DNA from: Candidatus Kaiserbacteria bacterium
GTDB lineage: Bacteria > Patescibacteriota > Minisyncoccia > Phycocordibacterales > Phycocordibacteraceae
Length of the DNA: 41,271 nt
Assembly (NCBI GenBank): GCA_023267735.1
Contig: JAHFMT010000004.1
Location: 1 to 41,271, forward strand
Reading direction: 5' to 3'
In this document: positions 26,464 through 36,818 of the stretch, one piece after another
Position numbering within the stretch: position 1 is the stretch's first letter
Layout: each line of letters opens with the position of its first letter
Notes under the pieces: generated by a model
What the model was told of the DNA's origin: nothing
The model's input: the letters and a program-made list of their open reading frames with translations, nothing else
Databases searched by the model: none
Program-made: the position numbers and the translations under genes

Positions 26464-27594
26464 ATGGCCGTTCGTAGTGTTCGTGACATCCCAACGCTCC
26501 ACAACATTCCTGTGTTGGTGCGTGCTGCTACGAATGTTCCTTTACGGGATGGAAAAGTGGAGAGCGCGTTTCGGTTGAAGCGTATGCTGCCCACCATAGA
26601 GTTTCTTGTTGCACGCGGTGCGAAAGTCATTATTGCTGGGCACTTGGGACGCACCGATACCGCAACACTCCGTCCGGTGTTTGATGAGTTGGTACGTATG
26701 ATTCCTCGTATTTCTTTTTGTGATGAGGCGGTGGGTGCTCGTGCACGTGAGGCAGCCCGTGCCCTGCATCCGGGGGAAGTGTTGTTGCTTGAAAACCTCC
26801 GTCGGTACAAGGGTGAAGAGGCAAACGATCCTGCATTTGCTGCAGAACTCGCTTCTATTGCAGATGTGTTTGTGCAGGATTCTTTTGATGCACTTCATCG
26901 TGCGCACGCTTCCATAGTGACGGTACCAACGCTGCTGCCTTCGTATGCAGGCTTCTTGTTTGAAGAGGAGGTGTACGAGCTCACCCGTGCCCTTACCCCA
27001 CAATCACCCTCTCTGGCGGTGGTGAGTGGCGTAAAGTTTGATACCAAGGCACCAGTGCTCAAGAAGCTACTTTCTTTGTATGACCACGTGTTCGTAGGTG
27101 GTGCGATTGCAAACGATTTACTCCAGGCATCAGGGGTATCTGTTGGTGCTTCGCTTACCTCACACACTGATACTGCGTTTCTCAAGCCAGTACTTGATTC
27201 CACACATCTTGTACTTCCTAAAGATGCAGTAGCACGTTCATCTGACACTTCTACACGGATGGTGCCTGTTACGCAGATTGCTGCGCACGAATCTATTGTC
27301 GATATTGGTCCTGAAACCATAGCGCATTTGGCAGCACTCGCTGCTTCAGCAAAGACCGTGTTGTGGAATGGGCCACTTGGTATTTTTGAAGAAGGGTTTG
27401 CGACTGGTACTGACTTGTTTGCTCGCGCACTTGCCGCGTCATCTGCGCACGCAATCGTTGGAGGAGGCGATACGGTTGCTGCTATTGAACAGGCACACCT
27501 GGAGGATGCCTATGCATTTGTTTCAACGGGAGGAGGTGCGATGCTTGAGTTTCTTGCTGAGGGAACGCTTCCAGGTATTCGGGCGTTAGGCTAG
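26464..27594 (+). CDS. pgk: Phosphoglycerate kinase
   Basis: 376 aa. LVRAATNVPL, IIAGHLGR, WNGPLGIFE, STGGGAMLEFL motifs. Confidence 0.94.
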   Translation: MAVRSVRDIPTLHNIPVLVRAATNVPLRDGKVESAFRLKRMLPTIEFLVARGAKVIIAGHLGRTDTATLRPVFDELVRMIPRISFCDEAVGARAREAARALHPGEVLLLENLRRYKGEEANDPAFAAELASIADVFVQDSFDALHRAHASIVTVPTLLPSYAGFLFEEEVYELTRALTPQSPSLAVVSGVKFDTKAPVLKKLLSLYDHVFVGGAIANDLLQASGVSVGASLTSHTDTAFLKPVLDSTHLVLPKDAVARSSDTSTRMVPVTQIAAHESIVDIGPETIAHLAALAASAKTVLWNGPLGIFEEGFATGTDLFARALAASSAHAIVGGGDTVAAIEQAHLEDAYAFVSTGGGAMLEFLAEGTLPGIRALG

Positions 27595-28005
27595 TTGAGC
27601 AGCAATCTTTTGTGCGAGCAAAGATGCTTCACCCTCCTTATAGGTGGTGTGTCCCCACGTATGTTTGTATCCATCAGTGCTAAAGCGAGGAATGATATGA
27701 AAGTGTAGATAGAATACTTCTTGCCCAGCCGCCGCCCCATGGTTTGAGTTAATGTTTACGCCATCAGCTCCTACAGCATCTTGTATCGCTGGTGTGATTT
27801 TTCGTATGGTATGCATGAGTGCGGCAAGGGTTGCATCATCTGCATCAAAGATATTGCGAACAGGTTTCTTAGGGATAACGAGCGTATGTCCCGGGTTGTT
27901 CGGGTTTATATCAAGAAAGGCAAGCGTATCAGTGTCTTCATAGACAATATGGGCAGGAATTTCACGGCGGATTATCTTGGTAAATACCGTATCTTCTGTA
28001 GTCAT
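27586..28005 (-). CDS. HIT-family (histidine triad) nucleotide hydrolase
   Basis: 139 aa from ATG 28005 (MTTEDTVFTKIIRREIP). HLHFHIIPR histidine triad. Its 3' end overlaps the pgk 3' end by 9 nt. Confidence 0.9.
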   Translation of the reverse strand: MTTEDTVFTKIIRREIPAHIVYEDTDTLAFLDINPNNPGHTLVIPKKPVRNIFDADDATLAALMHTIRKITPAIQDAVGADGVNINSNHGAAAGQEVFYLHFHIIPRFSTDGYKHTWGHTTYKEGEASLLAQKIAAQLA

Positions 28006-28010
28006 ATGTT

Positions 28011-28028
28011 GGTACAATCGGTTGCATG
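28011..28028 (+). promoter_or_regulatory. Extended -10 (TGgTACAAT) 7 nt upstream of the rnhA ATG (leaderless-type start)
   Basis: TGG-TACAAT-CGGTTGC-ATG, inside the 20-bp divergent HIT/rnhA spacer. Confidence 0.45.
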
Positions 28029-28442
28029 CAGTTTACCATTTTTGCAGACGGAGGCTCCAGAGGGAACCCAGGACCTGCGGGCTCCGGTGCGGTTGTGTAT
28101 GACACACATGGTGCGGTAGTTGCTGAGGTGTCTGAGTTTATTGGTCACACTACCAACAATGTTGCGGAATACACAGCACTCATTCGTGGACTTGAAGCGC
28201 TTGCTGAGTATCTTGATGAGCGCACACCATCGGCTTCGGTAGTCGTGAAGATGGACAGCGAGCTGGCGGTAAAGCAGATGCGTGGCGAATATAAGATTAA
28301 ACATCCAAACCTAAAACCACTTGCTGAGCGAGCGTTTGCGCGTGCAGGGCAGTTCTCTGCCGTTTCATTTATGCACGTACCCCGTGAACAGAATAAAGCT
28401 GCTGATGCGCTTGCGAATGCCGCAATGGATCGCGGTGCTTAG
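28026..28442 (+). CDS. rnhA: Ribonuclease HI
   Basis: 138 aa. DGGSRGNPGPAG, NNVAEYTALIRGLE, REQNKAADALAN (DEDD-type RNase H fold motifs). Confidence 0.9.
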   Translation: MQFTIFADGGSRGNPGPAGSGAVVYDTHGAVVAEVSEFIGHTTNNVAEYTALIRGLEALAEYLDERTPSASVVVKMDSELAVKQMRGEYKIKHPNLKPLAERAFARAGQFSAVSFMHVPREQNKAADALANAAMDRGA

Positions 28443-28469
28443 TATTATTTAGTACAGACGCCACAACAA

Positions 28470-28508
28470 ACAAAAGTCCCTCCCGCAGCGGGAGGGACTT
28501 TTGTTTTA
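28470..28508. terminator. Bidirectional intrinsic terminator (rnhA on +, sod on -)
   Basis: GTCCCTCCC-GCAGC-GGGAGGGAC, flanked by an A-run and a T-run. Confidence 0.8.
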
Positions 28509-28513
28509 TAGCG

Positions 28514-29128
28514 TTACGCCACCGCACTCTCAAAACGCTTTTCACACACGCTCCAGTTAAGGTTTGCGAGGAAGGCGTCAATATAGGTTTTCTTTTCAGC
28601 AGGTACATAGTCCACCATAAAGGCATGCTCCCAGAGGTCGAGTGCAAGAATGATAGGGAGGCCAGAAAGCTGACCGAGCTCGTGATCATTTACAAACACG
28701 GTGTGTAGCTCAGCAGAAACCTTGTCAAAGTACACCACTACCCAACCAATACCGCGTGACCCCGCCACTTCTTTTATGTGTGCCGCAAATGCATCAAGGC
28801 TGCCATACTTTTCAATGGATTTTTGGGCAAGTGCAGATGCTTGGTCTTTCTGCGCGCCACCCTCAAACTGTTCAAAGTAGTACTCGTGCATGCGCATACC
28901 ATCAAATTCAAAGGCAAACCGGCGGCGCAATTCGTTCACAATATACGGATCAAGCTCAAGCGCACCGTCTCGTACGGCCTTAAGTTTCTCAGCAATAAGA
29001 TTCACGTGTTTTACGTACCCTTCGTAGAGGGCGAGATGAACGGCAATCTGTTTCTCGGAAATACCAGGAAGAACGGGGAGACTAAATGTGCGGGGTGTGT
29101 AGGTCATATGCAGAAGAGTATACGACAT
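28514..29128 (-). CDS. sodA: Fe/Mn-family superoxide dismutase
   Basis: 204 aa. H..LYEGYV N-domain and LDLWEHAF..DY C-domain motif. The start may be Met8 (29107), which has TATACT 9 nt upstream. The first ATG abuts a hairpin at 29129-29147. Confidence 0.85.
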   Translation of the reverse strand: MSYTLLHMTYTPRTFSLPVLPGISEKQIAVHLALYEGYVKHVNLIAEKLKAVRDGALELDPYIVNELRRRFAFEFDGMRMHEYYFEQFEGGAQKDQASALAQKSIEKYGSLDAFAAHIKEVAGSRGIGWVVVYFDKVSAELHTVFVNDHELGQLSGLPIILALDLWEHAFMVDYVPAEKKTYIDAFLANLNWSVCEKRFESAVA

Positions 29129-29171
29129 CGGCCCCGTATTGGGGCCGAGTGGTTAGAACATGTCACTGGTC

Positions 29172-29414
29172 TTAAATAGCGCCCGCCTTCTTAAGGGTTG
29201 CAAATGCACCGTTCTTCTTGATGTGACGGAGACCCTTTACGGATACGTCTACGGTCACTACCTTCCCAATTTCTGGTACGAAAATGCGACGGCGCTGGAT
29301 ATTGGCCTTACGGCGCACCTTTCCTACAGGGTTGAACTGGGTAGCACGCGTACGGTTAGAGTACCGTCCGCCTACCTGTGTGCTCTTGCCTGTGATGCTG
29401 CACGTCTTTGACAT
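29172..29414 (-). CDS. rpmB: 50S ribosomal protein L28
   Basis: 80 aa. MSKTCSITGKSTQVGGRYSN..R...FNPV is the typical L28 N-terminus. Confidence 0.93.
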   Translation of the reverse strand: MSKTCSITGKSTQVGGRYSNRTRATQFNPVGKVRRKANIQRRRIFVPEIGKVVTVDVSVKGLRHIKKNGAFATLKKAGAI

Positions 29415-29422
29415 AGTTGCCG

Positions 29423-29434
29423 TATGCTAGCATA
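29423..29434. promoter_or_regulatory. Perfect 12-bp palindrome TATGCTAGCATA offering -10-like hexamers on both strands
   Basis: It lies in the 33-bp divergent rpmB/M50 spacer. TATGCT and TAGCAT read identically on either strand. Confidence 0.35.
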
Positions 29435-29447
29435 GCGAGGTATCCCT

Positions 29448-30089
29448 ATGCAACTCGGACTTCCTTTCGACATCTTTGGTATCGTCGTCCTTATTCTTTC
29501 GGTCGTGCTCCATGAAGTGGCGCACGGGTATGCGGCGAGACTGCTTGGCGACCAGACTGCAGCGCGTGCAGGGCGTTTGACCCTGAATCCGCTCAAACAC
29601 ATCGATCTCATGGGGTCAGTGATTATCCCTGCGTTTTTGGTGCTTACGAAGTCAGGTATTCTTTTTGGCTGGGCAAAGCCAGTGCCGTATAACCCGTACA
29701 ACCTAAAGAACCAGCGGTGGGGTGAAGCGTTTGTGGCAAGTGCAGGTGCGCTTACGAATATTGCGCTTGCTATCATCTTTGCGTTCATTGCACGTGGTGC
29801 AGACGCTGCGGGTTTCCCCGTGTTCACGCTCCTTGCGGGAACGGTAGTACTTACCAACCTTTTCCTTGGCCTTTTCAATCTCATTCCCGTACCGCCACTT
29901 GATGGGTACACTGTGCTTCGGGGGCTGCTGCCGTACAAGTTTTCTGTAGGCCTGAAATCTTTTGAGGAGCGTATGCGCTCGGGAGGAATCATCACATTTA
30001 TCCTGATACTCTTTGTATTTTCATACGTATTATCTGGTCCGTTTATTAATGTTGTGATCTATCTTGCTGGTCTACTACTTGGCGCATAG
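29448..30089 (+). CDS. Site-2 protease family (peptidase M50) membrane metalloprotease
   Basis: 213 aa. HEVAHGYAARLLGD (HExxH), LNPLKHID, polytopic hydrophobic profile. Confidence 0.88.
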   Translation: MQLGLPFDIFGIVVLILSVVLHEVAHGYAARLLGDQTAARAGRLTLNPLKHIDLMGSVIIPAFLVLTKSGILFGWAKPVPYNPYNLKNQRWGEAFVASAGALTNIALAIIFAFIARGADAAGFPVFTLLAGTVVLTNLFLGLFNLIPVPPLDGYTVLRGLLPYKFSVGLKSFEERMRSGGIITFILILFVFSYVLSGPFINVVIYLAGLLLGA

Positions 30090-30166
30090 TGGGTATATAC
30101 CCTATAGTCAAAACAGAGGTGCTTGAAATGTTTCAAGTACCACAACAGGAGAGAGGAGGAGGTGAT

Positions 30167-30499
30167 ATGCGTATACTTCGCGCCAACCTGCACTGGCTTG
30201 CCGGTGCAGCGGGAGCCTTTTTGTCCGTCTGGCTCAACATGCCCGCAATTGCGTTCATGATCGGTCTTGGGGGAACGGCGTTCGGCATGGTGTGGGCCTG
30301 GCTGAGCAGCGAGCTGTACGGCAAACCGTCTTGGATTCCCCTGGTGGGGATGTTCGGGATTCTGGTTCTCGGCCGTTTCCGCTTCAGTGGCTGGACAGTT
30401 GCATCTTCGGTGTGGGTGTCCGTAGTCGCCTGCCTCGTCCTCGTCGTTTGTTTCCTCGTCTGGTCTTTTTTCATGGGAAAGCCTGCCTCGTCTACGTAA
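30167..30499 (+). CDS. Hypothetical polytopic membrane protein (orphan, 110 aa)
   Basis: ATG at 30167 preceded by GGAGAGAGGAGGAGG. 3-4 predicted TM helices rich in Trp/Gly. G/C-rich third positions. A terminator follows. Confidence 0.6.
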   Translation: MRILRANLHWLAGAAGAFLSVWLNMPAIAFMIGLGGTAFGMVWAWLSSELYGKPSWIPLVGMFGILVLGRFRFSGWTVASSVWVSVVACLVLVVCFLVWSFFMGKPASST

Positions 30500-30517
30500 A
30501 GTGGCCGGGTACCTAGT

Positions 30518-30550
30518 ATGGGGACGTCTTCGGACGTCCCCATCTCTATT
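30518..30550 (+). terminator. Intrinsic terminator after the membrane orphan
   Basis: ATGGGGACGTC-TTCG-GACGTCCCCAT (UUCG tetraloop) followed by a T-rich tract. Confidence 0.65.
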
Positions 30551-30578
30551 TGCATTACGAAACAGCTTCCTATATAGT
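30549..30578 (+). promoter_or_regulatory. Promoter for rpsL-rpsG
   Basis: TTGCAT, then about 17-18 nt, then TATAGT. The predicted 5' end coincides with hairpin ACCCC-GCACAA-GGGGT followed by TTTTCATTT and the ATG. Confidence 0.55.
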
Positions 30579-30612
30579 ACCCACACCCCGCACAAGGGGT
30601 TTTCATTTACGA

Positions 30613-31023
30613 ATGTCAACCATTAACCAGCTCACGAAGAAGCGCCGCAAGGACAAGGTACGCAAGACCAGCGTGCTGGCTCTTACTCGTGGCTTCAACA
30701 CGCTTGAGAACCGCCCAACGTACTACGTTTCGCCGTTTAAGCGTGGTGTGTGCACCAAGGTGACTACGAAAACCCCTCGCAAACCTAACTCTGCAATTCG
30801 TAAGATTGCGCGTGTTCGCCTCACCAACGGCATGGAAATCACTGCCTATATCCCAGGTGAAGGCCACAACCTCCAGGAACACTCCGTGGTGCTTGTTCGT
30901 GGTGGTCGCGTGAAGGACATTGGTGTGCAGTACACCATTGTACGCGGCAAGCTCGATACATCTGGGCTTGATAAGCGCCGTGTATCTCGCTCTCGTTACG
31001 GTAGCAAGCGCCCAAAGGCATAA
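30613..31023 (+). CDS. rpsL: 30S ribosomal protein S12
   Basis: 136 aa from ATG 30613 (MSTINQL). [37 protein letters not shown]. Confidence 0.96.
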   Translation: MSTINQLTKKRRKDKVRKTSVLALTRGFNTLENRPTYYVSPFKRGVCTKVTTKTPRKPNSAIRKIARVRLTNGMEITAYIPGEGHNLQEHSVVLVRGGRVKDIGVQYTIVRGKLDTSGLDKRRVSRSRYGSKRPKA

Positions 31024-31037
31024 CCTAATTTCATACT

Positions 31038-31502
31038 ATGCGTCGCCCACTTAAAAAAAAGCGTGAATGGAAGGCTGATCCAGCCTACAAGTCTGTTACA
31101 GTAACCCGTTTTATTAACGCGGTTATGTGGGACGGCAAGAAGGAAACTGCTCGCAAGGTGGTATACGGAGCTCTCGACGCTATTAAGGCAAAGGAGATGG
31201 ATCCACTTGAGACATTTGAGACTGCTATTCGCAACATTTCTCCGCTCATGGAAGTACGCTCCCGTCGTGTGGGTGGTGCAAACTACCAGGTACCTCGCGA
31301 GGTGCCACAGCAGCGCCGTCTTGCGCTTGCATTCCGTTGGCTCATCAACTCAGCACGCAACAAGAAGGGTCGTCCTATGCAGGAAAAGCTTGCAGAAGAG
31401 CTCCTTCTCGCTACTAAGAACGAAGGTGAGGCAATCAAGAAGCGCGATGATATGCACCGCATGGCTGAGTCCAACAAGGCCTTTGCGCACTTTGCGTGGT
31501 AA
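31038..31502 (+). CDS. rpsG: 30S ribosomal protein S7
   Basis: 154 aa. DPAYKSV.VTRFIN, EVRSRRVGGANYQVP, NKAFAHFAW C-terminus. Confidence 0.96.
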   Translation: MRRPLKKKREWKADPAYKSVTVTRFINAVMWDGKKETARKVVYGALDAIKAKEMDPLETFETAIRNISPLMEVRSRRVGGANYQVPREVPQQRRLALAFRWLINSARNKKGRPMQEKLAEELLLATKNEGEAIKKRDDMHRMAESNKAFAHFAW

Positions 31503-31515
31503 CGCGTTGTTTCTA

Positions 31516-31550
31516 AGCAAAAGCCCCGCAGTACGGGGCTTTTGCTTTTT
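31516..31550 (+). terminator. Intrinsic terminator between rpsG and fusA
   Basis: AGCAAAAGCCCCG-CAGTA-CGGGGCTTTTGCT followed by TTTT. Confidence 0.8.
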
Positions 31551-31612
31551 AGGGTCTTGACCTATATAGTGTCCCTAACGCTTCGGCGGCTTTTTATTTT
31601 ATTTATCACCCT

Positions 31613-33745
<2,133 letters not shown>

Positions 33746-33762
33746 TCGGTATTTCCGCAAAA

Positions 33763-33795
33763 ACAAAAACCGCCCAGTGGGCGGTTTTTGTTTAC
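33763..33795 (+). terminator. Intrinsic terminator after fusA
   Basis: ACAAAAACCGCCC-AGT-GGGCGGTTTTTGT. Confidence 0.8.
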
Positions 33796-33814
33796 CTTGC
33801 ATGGGATATGTGGG

Positions 33815-33834
33815 TGGTACAATGCATGCACATG
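33815..33834 (+). promoter_or_regulatory. Extended -10 (TGgTACAAT) 8 nt upstream of the ATG at 33832
   Basis: TGG-TACAAT-GCATGCAC-ATG. Confidence 0.45.
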
Positions 33835-34089
33835 AATGAATTTCTGAAGATGGACATCTTTTTCGCAATCACAACGATTGCGGTGATTGTGGTTGCCGGA
33901 ATCAGCGTATTCGTTTTGTGGAAGCTTGCTCGTGTATTACGGAACGTTGAGCACATTTCCGAACAGGTATCAGCAGAAACTGATGCGGTTCGGGACGACT
34001 TGGTACATATGCGCGGTGAGGTTAAACGAGGGAAGGGGCGCGTGGCGGCGCTTCTTGGGTTCTTGAAAAAGACCGGAAAACGCCATTAA
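33832..34089 (+). CDS. Small membrane-anchored coiled-coil protein (DUF948-like architecture)
   Basis: 85 aa from ATG 33832. TM IFFAITTIAVIVVAGISVFVLW followed by the helical segment LARVLRNVEHISEQVSAETDAVRDDL. Confidence 0.6.
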   Translation: MNEFLKMDIFFAITTIAVIVVAGISVFVLWKLARVLRNVEHISEQVSAETDAVRDDLVHMRGEVKRGKGRVAALLGFLKKTGKRH

Positions 34090-34101
34090 TTATTGATTTC
34101 T

Positions 34102-34500
34102 ATGAAAAAGACTACAAAAACAGCAGTGAAGGTAGGTGCAGGTATGGCGGCAGTAGGGGCAGCGGCTGCAGCAGCGGGCTACTATTTTTATGCAAGCAAG
34201 AACGCTAAGGTACATCGCCAGATTGCTGCGAAGTGGGCAGGTGATCTTAAGAAGAAGACCGTAGCAGAGGTGAAAATGCTCAAGAAGGCTACTCCAAAGG
34301 CATTTGCTTCTGTGGTGGACAAGGCAGCAAAGGCATATGCCCATGTTGACGCTAAGGAGGTAAAGAAGGCGGTTAAGGAACTTAAGGCTAACTGGAAGCA
34401 CATTCAGGCAGAAATCGCTCCAGTAAAGGCAGCCGCTAAGAAGGCAGTGAAGAATATCGTTAAAAAACCAGCTAAAAAGGCTACAAAGAAGGCAAAATAG
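34102..34500 (+). CDS. YtxH-like membrane-anchored Lys/Ala-rich protein
   Basis: 132 aa from ATG 34102. Gly/Ala hydrophobic anchor VGAGMAAVGAAAAAAGYYFYAS, then a Lys/Ala-rich helical region ending KKPAKKATKKAK. Confidence 0.6.
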   Translation: MKKTTKTAVKVGAGMAAVGAAAAAAGYYFYASKNAKVHRQIAAKWAGDLKKKTVAEVKMLKKATPKAFASVVDKAAKAYAHVDAKEVKKAVKELKANWKHIQAEIAPVKAAAKKAVKNIVKKPAKKATKKAK

Positions 34501-34522
34501 CCTTATTTGCGGTTATTCCTTG

Positions 34523-34561
34523 AAAACACACAGCGCTCCACTTGGGGCGCTGTGTGTTTTT
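34523..34561 (+). terminator. Intrinsic terminator upstream of the tuf leader
   Basis: ACACACAGCGC-N10-GCGCTGTGTGT followed by TTTTT. Confidence 0.8.
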
Positions 34562-34722
34562 GGAGGGGAGCGGTCAAACATCCAGCAATCCCTTGCGTTT
34601 CTTAGAGCGCCCGTGGTACGGTATGCAGTAACGCAGTACCGCGTGTTCTTTGACGTACTCGCGGGTGTCGCGTTTGGCAATTATACGTAAGTCGCTTCGG
34701 CGATTATTCATTATTTTCATTT

Positions 34723-35925
34723 ATGGCTGACAGCTTCGATCGCAGCAAGCCGCACATGAACGTAGGTACTATCGGTCACGTTGACCATGGTAAGACCACG
34801 CTCACTGCGAGTATCCTGCACGTGCTCGACCTCCTTAAGGGTGAGGGCTACGGCTCTCGTCTTGAGAAGGTAGATCAGATTGACAACGCTCCAGAAGAAA
34901 AGGCTCGTGGTATTACCATTGCCCTTCACCACTCTGAGTACGAATCCCCTAAGCGCCACTACGCTCACGTAGACGCTCCGGGTCACGCTGACTACATTAA
35001 AAACATGATTACGGGTGCTGCCCAGATGGATGGCGCCGTACTCGTGGTTGCCGCAACTGACGGTGTTATGCCTCAGACTCGCGAGCACATCCTTCTTGCA
35101 AAGCAGGTGGGTCTCCAGCGCCTTATCATCTTCCTCAACAAGGTAGACATGGTGGCTGAAGCTGACCTCGTTGATCTTGTGGAAGAAGAAATCCGTGAAC
35201 TCCTCACCAAGCAGGGTTACGACGGTGCAAACACTCCAGTTATCCGTGGTTCTGGCTTGAAGGCTCTCGAAGCAACCTCTGCTTCTGATGAGTGGGCACA
35301 GAAGGTGAAGACTCTCATCGACACTATGGATGAGTACTTCCCACAGCCTGAGCGCGAGCTTGATAAGCCGTTCCTTATGCCAGTGGAAGACATCTTCTCT
35401 ATTGAAGGTCGCGGCACCGTAGTAACGGGTCGTATTGAGCGCGGTATCGTCAAGGTTGGTGAAGAAATCGAAATCATCGGTCTCAAAGACACTGCCAAGA
35501 CTACCGTTACCGGTATTGAAATGTTCAACAAGTCTCTTGACCAAGGTCAGGCAGGCGACAACGCGGGTATTTTGCTCCGCGGTGTGAAGAAGGAGGACAT
35601 TCATCGTGGTCAGGTGCTTGCAAAGACTGGTACGCTCACCCCTCACACTGAGTTTGAGGCTGAGGTATACATCCTTTCTAAGGAGGAAGGTGGTCGTCAC
35701 ACGCCATTCTTCTCTGGCTACAAGCCACAGTTCTACGTACGCACCACTGACGTTACCGGCGACGTAACCTTGCCAGCTGGTAAGGAGATGGTTATGCCTG
35801 GTGACACCGTTACCTTTGCCGTAAAACTTGTTGCTCCAGTAGCACTTGAGGAGAAGCAGCGCTTCGCTATCCGTGAGGGTGGTAAGACGGTAGGTGCAGG
35901 TGTGGTTACGAAGATCGTCAAATAA
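34723..35925 (+). CDS. tuf: Elongation factor Tu
   Basis: 400 aa. [35 protein letters not shown]. Confidence 0.98.
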   Translation: MADSFDRSKPHMNVGTIGHVDHGKTTLTASILHVLDLLKGEGYGSRLEKVDQIDNAPEEKARGITIALHHSEYESPKRHYAHVDAPGHADYIKNMITGAAQMDGAVLVVAATDGVMPQTREHILLAKQVGLQRLIIFLNKVDMVAEADLVDLVEEEIRELLTKQGYDGANTPVIRGSGLKALEATSASDEWAQKVKTLIDTMDEYFPQPERELDKPFLMPVEDIFSIEGRGTVVTGRIERGIVKVGEEIEIIGLKDTAKTTVTGIEMFNKSLDQGQAGDNAGILLRGVKKEDIHRGQVLAKTGTLTPHTEFEAEVYILSKEEGGRHTPFFSGYKPQFYVRTTDVTGDVTLPAGKEMVMPGDTVTFAVKLVAPVALEEKQRFAIREGGKTVGAGVVTKIVK

Positions 35926-35951
35926 GTGAACCATAACAACGCATAATTCTT

Positions 35952-36323
35952 ATGGCGACGAACACTGAAAAACCGAAGGCAAAGAAGACCGCAAAGAAGG
36001 CAGCGGCAGGGGAGGCAGAGCATAAACTCCGCATCCGCGTCCGTGCCTACGAGCACAAGATCCTTGACCTCTCGGTGAAGCAGATCATGGACACTGCTGC
36101 ACGCTTCGATGCGAAGGTGGTTGGTCCGGTCCCGTTGCCAACTGAAATCAAGCGTTGGACGGTAAACCGCTCCACGTTCGTTCACAAGGACGCACGTGAG
36201 CAGTTTGAGATGCGCATTCACAAGCGTTTGATTGATATCCTCAATCCATCGCCAAAAGTGATTGAAGCACTCACTAACCTGAATCTTCCTTCCGGCGTCA
36301 GTATTGACGTAAAGATGGTGTAG
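35952..36323 (+). CDS. rpsJ: 30S ribosomal protein S10 with a Lys-rich N-terminal extension
   Basis: 123 aa. Core LRIRVRAYEHKILD...GPVPLPT...HKRLIDI. About 24 extra N-terminal residues, MATNTEKPKAKKTAKKAAAGEAEH. Confidence 0.95.
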   Translation: MATNTEKPKAKKTAKKAAAGEAEHKLRIRVRAYEHKILDLSVKQIMDTAARFDAKVVGPVPLPTEIKRWTVNRSTFVHKDAREQFEMRIHKRLIDILNPSPKVIEALTNLNLPSGVSIDVKMV

Positions 36324-36344
36324 CCAAACGCACTTCATTTCGGA

Positions 36345-36379
36345 AACACAAAACCGCCTTCTGGGCGGTTTTGTGTTTT
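36345..36379 (+). terminator. Intrinsic terminator immediately after rpsJ
   Basis: AACACAAAACCGCC-TTCT-GGGCGGTTTTGTGTT followed by TT. Confidence 0.8.
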
Positions 36380-36426
36380 CTACAGCCGTGTGCGACCATC
36401 TACGCTAGATGCAAAAGGAGGACACC

Positions 36427-36762
36427 ATGCATTTTGTACGATGGCTCGCGAAAGTCTTGCTGAGTCCTTTGGACTTCATTCAGTTCAAGGCACGAGCGCT
36501 TATGCGCCAGGTGCATCTCTTGCGGCTGGAAATCGTGAACATCCAGATCGCGGAGTTCGACGGAGAAGAACTGTACATGCCTGTTCAAAAAATGGCCCCG
36601 AACGATCTCTTTACCGGAGTTAACCTGTCGGTGGAGTATCTGCGAGTGCCTGCCGCCACGTTCTCCAAGCTGTGGTGGAGTCGGTTCTGGGAGTTGCGCG
36701 AAAAGCGTAACCGTATCATCGATGCGCTTTGCATGCATGAACGAAACGCCGTTCTTTTGTAG
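36427..36762 (+). CDS. Hypothetical protein (orphan, 111 aa) inserted between rpsJ and rplC
   Basis: ATG at 36427 preceded by AAAAGGAGG-N5. CTG/TTG Leu and CGA/CGG Arg codons, unlike the flanking r-protein genes. Terminators on both sides. No recognised motif. Confidence 0.6.
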   Translation: MHFVRWLAKVLLSPLDFIQFKARALMRQVHLLRLEIVNIQIAEFDGEELYMPVQKMAPNDLFTGVNLSVEYLRVPAATFSKLWWSRFWELREKRNRIIDALCMHERNAVLL

Positions 36763-36782
36763 GGCGCAAAAGCTCGATCATC

Positions 36783-36818
36783 ACACCCCTGCCAGGAAAC
36801 TGGCGGGGGTGTTTGCAT
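36783..36818 (+). terminator. Intrinsic terminator after the rpsJ/rplC orphan
   Basis: ACACCCCTGCCA-GGAAAC-TGGCGGGGGTGT (12 bp including 1 G-U pair) followed by a T-rich tract. Confidence 0.7.

Noticed and set aside
29372-29995. A 207-aa minus-strand ORF. Similar long antisense ORFs occur at 22815-23285, 17562-18230, 24866-25261, 36900-37307, 38511-39173 and 35733-36338.
   Set aside because: All lie opposite confidently identified genes (M50 protease, pilC, nusA, pilX-like, rplC, rplB, rpsJ). They encode Arg/Ser/Pro/Ala-rich low-complexity sequence typical of reverse-frame artefacts.
34717-35934. A 405-aa ORF on the minus strand.
   Set aside because: It is an exact antisense shadow of tuf (EF-Tu). 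It has no start context or motif, and its composition is implausible.
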